Assembly: GCA_036172245.1 (NCBI GenBank)
Contig: JAYWIR010000029.1
Coordinates: 1,488,001 to 1,552,000 of the forward strand
Direction of reading: 5' to 3'
Length of the DNA: 64,000 nt
DNA from: Raillietiella orientalis
Lineage: Eukaryota
Of this stretch, positions 46,619 to 57,930 are shown piece after piece (the first letter of the stretch is position 1; each line of letters starts with the position of its first letter). A program made the translations under genes and the position numbers. The notes below the pieces were generated by a model. The model was not told where the DNA came from, searched no databases, and saw nothing but the letters and a program-made list of their open reading frames with translations.

Positions 46619-49600
46619 CCGGTCCACCCACAGCCTCCTCTCCGGAACTGCCCTGCCAGCGCAACTGCTTCCCGGAGTCCCGTCCCGTCTGTGGGTCTGA
46701 CGGCAGGATCTATTCCGACGAGTGCGACCTACGGCGCCGGAACTGTCCGGGCGGCACCGTGGTGCCAGCGCCGCTGCGCCATTGCCTGCGCCCCTGGGCG
46801 CAGACATGCGAGGGCTTCTGCTCCGGGGAGAGCGACCCTACCTGCTCCACGGACGGCACCACCTATTTGAACCCCTGTGTCCTGCAGGTGGAGGCCTGCC
46901 GGTAAAGGGAGAAAAGTCGCCTCCGGCCAGCCCTCGCTCATCTCTATTTTCCAGGAAGGGCATGCGCTTCGCCCACCACGGCGCCTGCTCCCCCTTCCAT
47001 GGAGGATCCTCAGCACCGTCGTCCTGTCCCCGGACGTGCACCAGCGCCCCTGAGGACGGTCCCATCTGCGCCTCGGACGGGAATGTCTATCCCAGCTCCT
47101 GCGAGATGAGGAGGCAGACGTGTGGGTGAGCCCCAGGGCGGCGGGGTAGGGAGGGAAGGGAGAAGGCGGGCGCCTGTCCCCGCAGCTTTCATCCCCTGCA
47201 AGTGCCCTTTCGTTTCCGCCCGGCGGAAGCGTAGGCGGCGGCCCGAACGTGAGTAGGGGGTGCCTCGGGACCTTCGGCCGCATCGAGCAGTCCGCACAGC
47301 ACGCAAGTGAAGTACCACCGATAAAGCTTGTCTCGTGACAATGCATTTGGTGTAGCGGGTGGGAAGCCCGCCGCATGGGTGGGAGGAGAAGTGGGTGCGA
47401 AACGTGTCGCGATCTCCCCCCTCCCCCCGAGACGTACGCACGTATTCGCCACTGCCCGTTTCTCTCTCCCTCCTCCTCTCCCGTCGTCATGATGAGTCCC
47501 TTAGCGTGGCTTCAATAAGCACCTGCTGGGAGAACATAACGGAAGGAATGCTGTCCAGCTTGATGTTGTGACGCATCTATACTCATCACCGCTCACGTGT
47601 GACTGGCATCCCTAGGGGGGGAGGTGTCTTCCTCCCGTTTTTCATCTCTCCCTTCCGGGCTGCTCAGGTGGCCTCCCACTCCCCTAGATCGGGTTCTTCG
47701 CATCAACTTCTCCCCTGAAAAAAGAAAAGCTTCCCCACGAGCCTCAGGGGTTTCTCGACTCTCCAGGAATCTCTCTACTGATCCCAGTGAGATCTCCAGA
47801 GAAAGTGTCATTCTCCTGGTACTGCTTTCGTCTCGCAGCGTGGGCCGAAGTCTGCACGAGGGCGTGAGCTCCCCCCCCCTCCCCCTACTCACATACTCTG
47901 CTCGCGCACTCTCTAGATGCCGCTGCACGTGCTGTGTTTGGATACCTCGCGTTGATATTACGTCAGAGGTAGACCACTCGCAGAGAGCGTGCAAGAAAAG
48001 GGATGCTTCTATCGTGGGCGGCGGGCTCCAGGTCTTCTCGAAAAAGCCATTCAAAGCGAGCAGAGAGAGGAGAGAGCCATCGCGAACCTTACGGTTCATG
48101 TCAGGCGTTCTACCTATTTTACAGATTATATTATGCTCTCTCGTGGAGGAAGCTGTTCCTGGGGGCTACTTCTCTCTTAATGACGACGTCCTTCCGTGCT
48201 TTGCCGAATCTTTCCGAGAGGCCGAGCACAGTACCCGGAGAAATTCCTTTCATCGGGTGAACGACCACCCGCCCGTCTGTTTCTCTCCTCCTTCCTGCTT
48301 CTCCTTCCTGGCCGTGCCACATCCGACAGCCGGCTGTCCTCTCAGCCATCTTCTCTCGATGGATCCTGCGGTCAACTCCGATTCTTTCAGCGTGTACGTC
48401 ACCGCCACTTCCTGGAGGCACTGCCAGACCACCCGCCACTGCAACGACACCTGCAAGAGGACGTGGAATCCCGTCTGTGGCTCTGACGGAAAGATTTACA
48501 ACAACTTCTGCGAGATGAACTCCCTGAACTGCGGGTGAGTTGCTCCAGCCCCTTGCCACAAGGCGCGGAAGCGATCCCGTTTTCGTGATGCTGTAATCTG
48601 AACAGTGGTTGTCGGTGTAATGCGAAATTTCAAGTGGTCGCCCGATTCTCAGTATGTAGACGTGTGTGATGTTTTATGAGGAGTAATATGGGGTCCGGAG
48701 GATATTATCTCGGCCTCTGTGTGTGCGTATTAGGGGTGCTTGGGCTGCTGAGGGACATCGAACGTGCGCGAGGATTGAAAGGCACTCTGAATAGGATGGG
48801 CTGCTGGAAAGGTGAGTGGCGAAAATCGGTCCAGCAGCTAAAGATTCGCATTGCTGGTCGCTTCTCATTTACATACCTTGAATGACGTGTTTTTGCGCGC
48901 CTCCTCAGGGTCTACATATACGAGGTGCCCATGTCTTTGTGCTACTTCTCGAGGACTCGTCTTCCCATCTGCCCCCTTTCCTGCGAGAAAGAAGCCACGA
49001 AATACATCTGTGGATCGGACAAGAGGATATACGAGAACGAGTGCGAGATGAAGAAAATGTACTGCGGGTAAGAAAGCACGACGGGTTCCGTCACGTGGCG
49101 CGTTTCTCGCGCGTGGATTCCCACGGAGATGCTCTCCGTGTCTGCTCCCTCTCTTCATATTCAGAGCTTATGCACTTGTTTCCCTCCCCCCACGACCTCA
49201 TGGCCTGAAGCAGAGTTGAGCTGGATCTCGGAGGACCTGGCTGGTCCAAGTCTTGCCAGGGAACCCAGTACAGAACCTTCGGGAGGGAGCGCAGGCGGGC
49301 CCTTTATCTCCTCCGATTCGCAGATCCTGAGTGTGCCTCTGTTGCCAGAGCTGCGACATGAGCACCCCCAGAGGTGCTTGGCAGACCTCTGGCACAAATA
49401 CGCAGATGGTGCGGGGGATCCGGCCTTCCGAGGAAGAAGAGGATGTTGCATCTGCCGTCCGCTCCTCAGCGGGCGACCGGCTCTCTCTTGAGACATCTTC
49501 TTGTCCTTGCCTTCTCCTCCCCCCCCTTCCCCTTTCCTCTTGAGAGCGCCTCGGGAAACACACGGTCAGCTCCTCTCTTCCCCCGGGAGGGCTTGCAGAT

Positions 49601-52600
49601 TTATTCTCGTCGCAAAGGACCATCCCAGGAAGCTCTGAACCACGACTCCGAAGACGTTGACCAGAGATTCCTGCTTGAGGAAGTGCGAGCTAAGGAGGCT
49701 GCGAGGTCAGAGCACGAAGAAGCACACGTTGCGCTGAGCGGGGGGAGACAGCCCTGCTCTGCGGCACCTCACCAACGCCCTGAGACCCTCTCTCAGAAAG
49801 CAGCCTGGAGACCCACAGCACTCCCTCGGCGCCATCGCGGGTACATTGGAAGCAGGCCTGGGCGCCGCCAGCCTCTGGATCTCTTTCTCGGCGGGGAATT
49901 CGCGATGTCTCCGTCTCCCTAGAAATTTCTTTTCACGTCTAGGATCCGGGACTCTGGTGGGGGATGGCCTTTGCGCTTGGCGGACCACCCTATCGCTCGA
50001 TCCTTCGAGTCTCCTCCGCAGGGAGGGTTGGTCGCAGCGACTCCGCGCTTTCAGCGTCAGAGGTGGTCACAAGATCGGTCGGTGCCGCGCCTACTGCCTT
50101 AGAGAAATCGCCTTACTCCTCCCCCTGGGCACGCGATGTCTCGACTGTGCGCGCGGGGCCCCGAGTGTGTGCGGCGCTTCCTAGCGCCTTCTCAGCATCT
50201 CACGTGGTACCGGGCGGGCTGATGAGTGAATCTGAGTGGTTGCGAGGCGATGAGGAGGCTCGCTGCTGCTCCGGCTGCAACAACACAGTGAGGGTTGATC
50301 CTGGCCTGAAGGAGGGAGGGGAAGGGAAGGGCAGAGCAGAGCAGAGCAGGCTCAGGCGCTGAAGGAAGCTTCTCCGCGGTCAGGTCTTGGTGACTCGGCC
50401 TTGCAGCCAGCGGGGGGATTGGGAGGTTGCGGGCATCCCACGCTCCGCTGCAACCGGGAAGTAGGACGTGGCCTCTCTGTTGCATCCCGCTGCTGTCTTT
50501 GTCCCTCAGCAACCGACACCCGCGGTGGGGGCGTGTTGGACAAGAAGCCATGAATCTGCCGGCGAAGGATTGGTGAGTTGACCGAGGGGCAGAGCTTTAT
50601 CCCGCAGCCCCTTTGGAGATCCTGAGGGGGGTTCCCTGTTTTCGGGATGCGGAAGGCTTTCTCCTATTCGGAGGTCCGCTGAAGATCTTCGTTTCCAGGA
50701 AGCTCATGGGAGACGTGCACCGCATCCCTTGGGAGGACTGCTTCCAGAAGATGAAAGACTGCGAGGAGATCGTGTGCCCGGATACAGAGAGGGTGGTTTG
50801 CGGTTCCGACGGGAAGACGTACCTGAACATGTGTCATCTGCAGGTTGCTATCTGCAGGTAACCAAGCCGCTTCCTCCTCCTCTGCCCTTTGCTCATCTCA
50901 CCCTCCCGAGGAATGTGGAACGAGGATGTTCCACTGGGGGGGAGGAGACGGAGGGCGTCGAGAGCGATGAAGAAGCAGTCAAAGCTAGTCCTCGATCGCT
51001 GATGGCTAATCCTTGGAGCATCTCTCTGTCTCTCCGTTCCTCTTTTTGTTTCCTCCAGTGAAGAAAAAGGAGAGGGAGGGGAGACAAGCATGCGAGCGAG
51101 TGCTCTCCTCTGAACTCTGGCCTTTGTCTCTTGGCAAGCCGAGGCGCACCCTTTCATGCTCTCCCACCGGGTGATTTGGCGGCCGCCTCACTTCCGCCGG
51201 TAGTCCCAGGTTGCCGTTACCAAACGCTTTCCTCCACCTGAGCCGTCAGCGGAAGGATGGGAGGAATCTTCTCCGACGTCCACAGCATGCGCTCCTCGTC
51301 TCCCGCCTGTGCTCCCTGCTGGTTTTGCAACCGCCCCGCCCTCGGCCTCGGGAGCCTTCTCGTCTCCCCAGCCAAATATCCCGGCCCGCTTCTGATCTTC
51401 CTGTCGTTCATCACGGAGTCAGGAAGACAGCTGCTCCCCTGGGGTTCTTCCCGCTCGTGTATCCAGATGCTGCCAAGAGGGGGAAGGGGTCGGACCTATT
51501 GCCTGCATTTGAGCAGCTCCTTCCCTTTCCTCTTGCTTGTCTCCTTTGGGCTATCTCGGGAACGCCTCCCTTCCCGAGCCACCTCCCTGACCTCTTCTCA
51601 CGAGGATCCGAATCTACAGACCACCCCGTCCTACCAGGAGATCTCTGCATCGGAGGATGCGTTGTACCCTCCTTCCCCCTTCAGCAGAGGTCGGCGCCCG
51701 TCGGGGATGCGCCTCTTCCCCGCTTGTCCCATCTTCCATGCTCTTCCCCTTCCCACGAAGAAGAGTCCCGATGGAGCCGATTTTGACGCTCTCTCTCCCT
51801 CTTCCTCAGTCCTACCCGTCGTTTCTGCTCTCCAGGGAGGTCATTGGGTCAGCTGGCGGAGAATCTGGGACTGCTAAGGTGAGGGGAGTATCTGTCTCCT
51901 GGGGTGCCCGGCGTTGCCTGAGCAAGTGCCCGGAAGCCTCCCTTTCGTTTCTGCGCACAGGGAAGGTGGCACCGCCTTCTTCGTCCTTTCGTTTCCTCCT
52001 TTTCCAGGGAACAAAGCCTCTATGTTGGTGCCCTGTCGTCGGTGCACGAATCTGGCGCAGTACTATCCCGGGCAGTCGCGAATCGGGTCCAGAGCGAATA
52101 AGTATCCTTTCTTCTCCCCCCTCCGTGTCCCGGAGAGATACTTCGGGGTTGCACGGGGAGGAAGACGGGGGGACTCCTCTGTGGAGAGGAATTTCCTCGT
52201 CCTCGTCCCTTCCCTCACCCCATATACTCCATCATCGCCTTAGGAACGGTACGAGTTGGCTGCTCTTTCAGGAAGGACATCCGCTTCTCCCACGTGGGCC
52301 CCTGCGAGGAGCTGAGGACCCTCCTCTCGTGCTCCAGGGAGACCTGTGAGGAACCGCTCCTCTCGGAAGGAGGAGACGGGAAAGGGTCGAAGCAGAAGAC
52401 GTTCTGCGGCTCCGACGGGAACGCTTACCCCAGCGCGTGCCACGCCAGGAAGGCGTCCTGCCACGGAAAGGTGGTCCGTGCTCCCTTGGACCACTGCCTG
52501 GTCACACGGTTCTGCAACCGGTCCTGCGACGACGAGGCGGAGGAGCTAGTCGTCTGCGGCAGCGACGGACAGCTGCATCGCAGTCCCTGCCACATGATGG

Positions 52601-53149
52601 CCGCCCACTGCGGGTGAGTCCTTGCGCGCCCCTCCTTCCGGGAACGGGAGCTGGCGTACGGACGGACAACCTCTTGTGGCCCAGGCCGTCCCTCTGAACA
52701 CTTCCTTCCCCGACGCTCCCGCGTGCCTCCTCTCTCTCCTCCTTCCTCCCCTCTGCCTGGAGAAAAACTCGCCTTCCCTGACAGAGGCAGGGCGACGCCG
52801 CCGTCGTCTCTTCGGATTCCTAGGAAGGGAGGGAAGGGGAGGGGGGAAACCGGCTCTCAGCAGCGGTCCGGGAGCGATTCTCCCCCCTTTCCTTCTCTCC
52901 TTCCCCTTTCACGGAAGTGATCCACGTCCTCTCCTCCTTGCTCTCTTTAGGTCATTCGTCTACGAGGTCCCCCTGGAGGTCTGCCTGCTCCAGCTGAGCT
53001 TCAGTGGCTGCTCCAGGCTCTGCCCCCGCTTCCACGAGCCCGTGTGCGGCACTGACAACAAGACGTACAGCAATCCCTGCTTTCTCGGACTGGAACAGTG
53101 CAGGTCGGCGTCCGCTGTCGTCAAGAAGCACGACGGGAGGTGCCGCTAG
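46619..53149 (+). CDS. Multi-Kazal-domain protein with 9 tandem Kazal/follistatin-like domains; 5' coding exon not resolved
   Basis: Join 46619-46901, 46955-47125, 48391-48534, 48909-49067, 50699-50857, 52272-52613, 52951-53149 (TAG). All introns are GT-AG, and the six internal introns are phase 2. There are nine six-Cys units, each with a C(G/A/S)(S/T)D core, e.g. PVCGSDGRIYSDEC and PVCGTDNKTYSNPC. From memory it resembles arthropod proteins annotated 'agrin-like' or 'dipetalogastin-like' (Drosophila CG32354 type); this orthology is unverified. Confidence 0.9.
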
Positions 53150-54102
53150 GCCATCCACCTCCACCACCCCCTCCCCAGCCTCCCAGCCTCCCAGGTAACT
53201 GTCCCTAAACCTTCGATCGCTCACCTGGGCAGAGGATGTCCGGAAAGAAGGAGGAGTACGACGAGGAGGAACAGACCCCGCTTCACACCACTCTCCCTCC
53301 TCCTGCCCCTGGCGTTCCTCAGAGGTCAGCCCACCTTTGACCTGAAAGGAAGAGCGGCACGCCCAGTCAGTCACGAGGAAGGAACACAGCCCCTCTTCCT
53401 CTTCTCCCTCTCCAGCTCATCCGAAGTGGCCAACTGACTCCTCTTGCTGAAGGGCGTCGCGAGCAGCGTCCTGTCGGGAGCGTCCCGCTGCCTTGCTCTC
53501 CGCCTTATACCGTCAAGCGTGCCGGTGGCAGGGAGAGGGACGAGCTAGACCTTCTCTCCCTGCGGCACCCTTCCTCGAGAGATGGAAGCGGTCTCCTGCC
53601 GCCCCTCGTTCATCTCATCGGGAAAACTCCGTGCTCTCTCGCCACGCCGCTTGTCGCTACTTGCACGAGTAGGCGCAGTGTCAACGACGACGATAACAAC
53701 AAACCAGGCAACCATGCGTGCCTCATTCACGTAGGCGCGTGCGATTTGTGGGATAGGGTCACGGGAGCGGGATCGTGTTCGGGTTTTTCCAGGAGCACCG
53801 GAAAAGTGGTGGAAGAGCTTCCTTGCTCCGCTCACAGATGGCAGAAACGCTCGCACAGGAACGTGAGCGGGCCGCGATGGACATCTCTCGATGCCCCGCT
53901 GCATCCCACTTTGTGCACGCGGGTGACCTTCCAAGCGGGAGCCCAGGAACGATTCCTCCCGTCCGACCGGCTTCCAGGGATGCGCCCTGCAGGTCTTCCC
54001 CTCACTTGCAAGTGCCGGCGCTGGAAGATCGGACCCGCACCGCCCTGAAGAACTTGGGGTTGCTTCTGCGAGTGCATGCGCGGGTTCCAACACTTGACTA
54101 TG

Positions 54103-54493
54103 CGAGGTGCGCGTAACGCCTTCTCAAGTTATTGGGGGCACCCCAGGAGGGGACTACCCTATGAGTCCAGGAAGACTCCGGAGGAAAAAGTCTTTTCCTC
54201 CCTTACTCTTGGGAGGGAACCCTGAAGAGAGCCTCTTCTTTGTTCTCTCAGAAGGGACCTCCCGGAGGGGGCTGCTTCTCGTTTCTTCTCCGAAGGAACA
54301 CCTCAGAAAGGATGCGCTCCTGGTTTCTTCCTCTGAAGAGAACCCTGAGAAGACGCTTCCAAATTCCTCTGAAAGTCGCTCCCAAAAGGAGCAGCTCGCT
54401 TCTTGACACTCTGGAGACGCACCCTCGAGGGGGATCAACCAGCTCCATGATACCGCGGCTCCGTTTCAACAATCGCTGGACCAGAGGTTCCCG
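54103..54493 (+). repeat. Dispersed repeat of about 370-390 bp, copy B
   Basis: Diverged, collinear match to the reverse complement of 42750-43125. Confidence 0.8.
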
Positions 54494-57400
54494 GGATTTT
54501 GGATACTGGTCCTCATGCTAAAAATCAGCCGTAGCTACGGTCCTCGAAATGCTTTTGGATGGAGTCTTACAATTTCTCTTTCCTTCTTGAACCCGAGATC
54601 AATGGCGGGCAGAGACATTCAGAGGTTTCTGCTTCTTTTTCGGTAGCTAGGTTCATCAAGCTCCACGTGGAGCTTTCGTGTGTCCATCGTCAGAAAAGCG
54701 CTCTTCCCTCAGATTGGAATGGGACCGGTCTCCAGTGAGATTTCACAAAGATGTGAAGGCAGCATCTTTCCGATGTGTCTCATAAAACCCAATCAAACTC
54801 CCCCCTTCTTGCGTGTAGGAAACGACAGCTGGCGGTTCATTTGTTTCCAGGCGAAGCCTCTTCCTGGCAATTGCGTGGAAATTGATGCGACTTCATTAGA
54901 ATGGCGATTTAAATATGAAGCACATAAATAAACTAAATAAATAAATAATCAGAATTGCCTAAGATCTTAAAGAGATTATGCAATCTGATGAAATCATGAG
55001 AACGTTCGATCTCTTCAGACTCATTTAAATAATGATTCTTAGTTGTAAACAATCAGTGCAGCGTCAGTGAAGAATGTCATATCCTTTGTGTCTATCCAGC
55101 TTCAATGTCTGAAGTAGCGATGGCAATTCGCTGAAAAATTTGCAGCTTATTGAAAGTTTTCCTCCAATTATCCATCATTTGTGCGAGCGTACGACCTCAG
55201 TTCATCTCGACGATTGATCTTCGTAAGTCTCGCTTTCCCCTGTCTGGCAATGCGTTCAGACGGCAACCGTAAACACTCATCTGCGTCTACTCAAATCGTG
55301 TAGGCGTCTCTGTGTGTGTGTGTTTTCTCTTGAATATTCGCCCCTCCTCGTTTTCTTCCGTGCTTTTTGGTAGCTCCTTCTACGACAGAATTCTATTCTC
55401 CAGTGTCAACGCATTCATGAGAACAAAATTGGCCATCCGTTCGATTTTCAATTTTTTCCGATCACCAATTCTTTTTTTTTTTGTTCTTTGCTGGAAAGGC
55501 ACTCTTTCATTGAGCCTAACACCCGAAGACAAGTTTTTGTGCAACGAAATCGAGGTACGGATGCTTTGATGCACCTCCATTAAGCAGGGAGTGACCTGTG
55601 ACCAGTAGGAAAAAAAAAAAATCATTTGGCCTGCCTTGCGTGCGAGAAACTGTCACATAAGTATTCTCATTCGTTTTTCTCGTCCTTTAAATCAGGCTAG
55701 CGAGTGGAGAAAATTCCGGTCCAGAGGAAACGTGGAATGCCAGGCACTAGATCTTCGTTATAACACAGGCTTCGAAATGCATCACATGTTTGGCAGTTGC
55801 GTGCTGCTCTTATATTCCGTAAGAAGAGGTGCGCTTTGAAGAAAGTGCTTTTTCTTGTTTTTCCGCAATCGATAACTTTCGGCTTCAATCTTGCAATGCT
55901 TGAAGTACTGGAGAAATAGAATCGATAGGTCTACGTAGAAGGAGGAGCTCAGTCTGCGTTTATTATGTACATGTCCTGGCTTAATTCGAAGAACACCATA
56001 CTAATAGAAACATCTGTGATCCATGTTTGACGATGTGTGATTAGGCACACAAAATGACATTTTTTTTCTGGACCTTGAGGCCGAAGGCATAGCTAGCAAA
56101 TCAGAAGCAAAAAAGATAGGAGGACTTAGACATCGATCCCGGTCGAGACATGTATGGGAGGATATGGGAGGATGCGTTTCAGAAGGAAAACAAGGCCAAT
56201 TACAAGTTTAGAGAATGTGAGTCTCCCTCTTCATTACTCATGGATAGTTATGGCGAAAGGCTGAAGACGTTGAGAAACATCTAAGGAACCAAGAAAACAA
56301 AGGGTTTGAAGAAGATGCCCTGAACAGTAAGCACATGCATGTTCGTGGACACTTGCATTCCAGAGAAGTCCAGACAGTTTACTTGAAATCGAGTACCTTT
56401 CAGAAACAGAAATGCTAAGAAAGGGGGGAGCGTTTAAGAAAGATGAAAAGACTGCTACTAGAAAACAAAAAGGATGAAAAGAAGAAGAGAAGATTCAGCA
56501 GCCCTTTGTATCAGTGATTCTTCGCAGATATCATTCTTTATGATAGAAGATATCCTCAAAGGTAGAAGAAATACATGGAAACGTGAAAGATAGTAGTTCC
56601 AATTCATTATGTGCATCTGTGTGATTTGCAAAGTAAGATCACAAAAGAGGTGCTCGAAGATCGGGGAGAATAAAGGTCGCAGCTTGATAGCTGATTGGTC
56701 AGCTTTATTCTCAAATTGATTTTCATAGCAGTTGCCGGATCAGTTGGCAAAGGCCACAGTCAACGTACATGGAGGGGTCCACACTTGCAAGCAGAGTTTA
56801 TCATTTCAAGTGTCTTAACTACACTCACGGAGAAGTCCACGTTGTCATTTGCAGAGTGGTCAGCTTCCTGAATGAAGAAAATGCACATATGCCTGGACAC
56901 AGGAATTCGTTAAAAATCAGATGAAAGGCAGTTTCAAACAATTCAGCATTCCAAAGTGTTCCCTTATGGACGACCGCTAAGAAGGAATCTGGAAAACGGG
57001 GGTGGAAAAGCTAGAGATACAGAGTATCCAGTTGCACAGAATCCTTGGAATTTCTGCTGCTTGGTTGAATTTCCAACAGATCTTCCGACCATTTATCACT
57101 GATAGTCTGGTTCAAAGACTCGGTAATCTTGTCTCCTGATAAGCACATTCGTTCTAATAATAGCAACTCTCTTCCACTTCGTGTGTCTTTTTAAATAACC
57201 GAAAATATCAGCATTGTTTTGTTACAGAAGACACCTATATATGGTTTGAAATGGATTTAAAAAAAAATGAAAATCACGATGGTAAAATCCATAAGCCAAG
57301 AGCTCGTTTCCAACTTGCTCACAAGTTACCTTTGCAAACAAATTGTGTACCCACTTCACTGCATAATGGACCTCAGAAACGTAGGCGAAGGAAAACTCTT

Positions 57401-57549
57401 TACATGAATGTTTAAACTTATTACGAGAATCGGTTTTGTGTATTTTCCTGTATTTTCTCTTTTTTTTGGGGGGGGGGGCAACTTTTCCGGAAACTTGGAA
57501 TTTCATGATCTCGAATCAGAATACGGATTCTGACGAATTCAGTCAGGGT

Positions 57550-57930
57550 CAACTGGACCACATTCATTCAGGAGCGGAAACGTGAAGCTGCAGAAAAATC
57601 TTTCGTACCTGCTAACAGAGCATCATTGACTGTATAAGGAAACGAGAAATCCGTCGAAAAAGACTTCCGCTCATAAAATTCCAAATACTTGATCAGGATT
57701 TGCGAGAACTGGTGTTACCAGAGTTCCACGAAGATGGGCAAAACAGATTAGATGATGAAAAGTGTGAAAGCCAGCACGTGGAGGAACAGTTTAACGAATT
57801 GTGTTTTGAAAGGCATGCAACTGGAAAAAGGACTCATGGACCACCTGGAAAAATACACTAATAATACATGAAACAGCCACGAGAAATGTCACGGGAAAAA
57901 ACCGAGATGCTAGTTCGATACGCATTAAAT
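57550..57930 (+). mobile_element. Highly decayed RTE-like LINE fragment (C-terminal part of ORF2)
   Basis: Remnants occur in the expected order across frameshifts: WTTF..GAET* at 57571 (cf. YGAETW), ENWCYQ at 57704 (cf. FEMWCYR), and SLTNCVLKG / TGKRTHGPP (cf. G.R.RGRP). Confidence 0.5.

Noticed and set aside
52102..52110. GTATCCTTT U12-like donor inside a Kazal intron (similar motifs near 9329, 23846 and 55079)
   Set aside because: Not at an exon boundary. The flanking Kazal exons join without it, and about one chance hit is expected in a window this size.
56050..57100. Purine-rich stretch resembling a decayed retroelement ORF1, with a 10-bp inverted repeat near 56666-56712
   Set aside because: No clear motif chain, and the inverted repeat is short enough to be chance.
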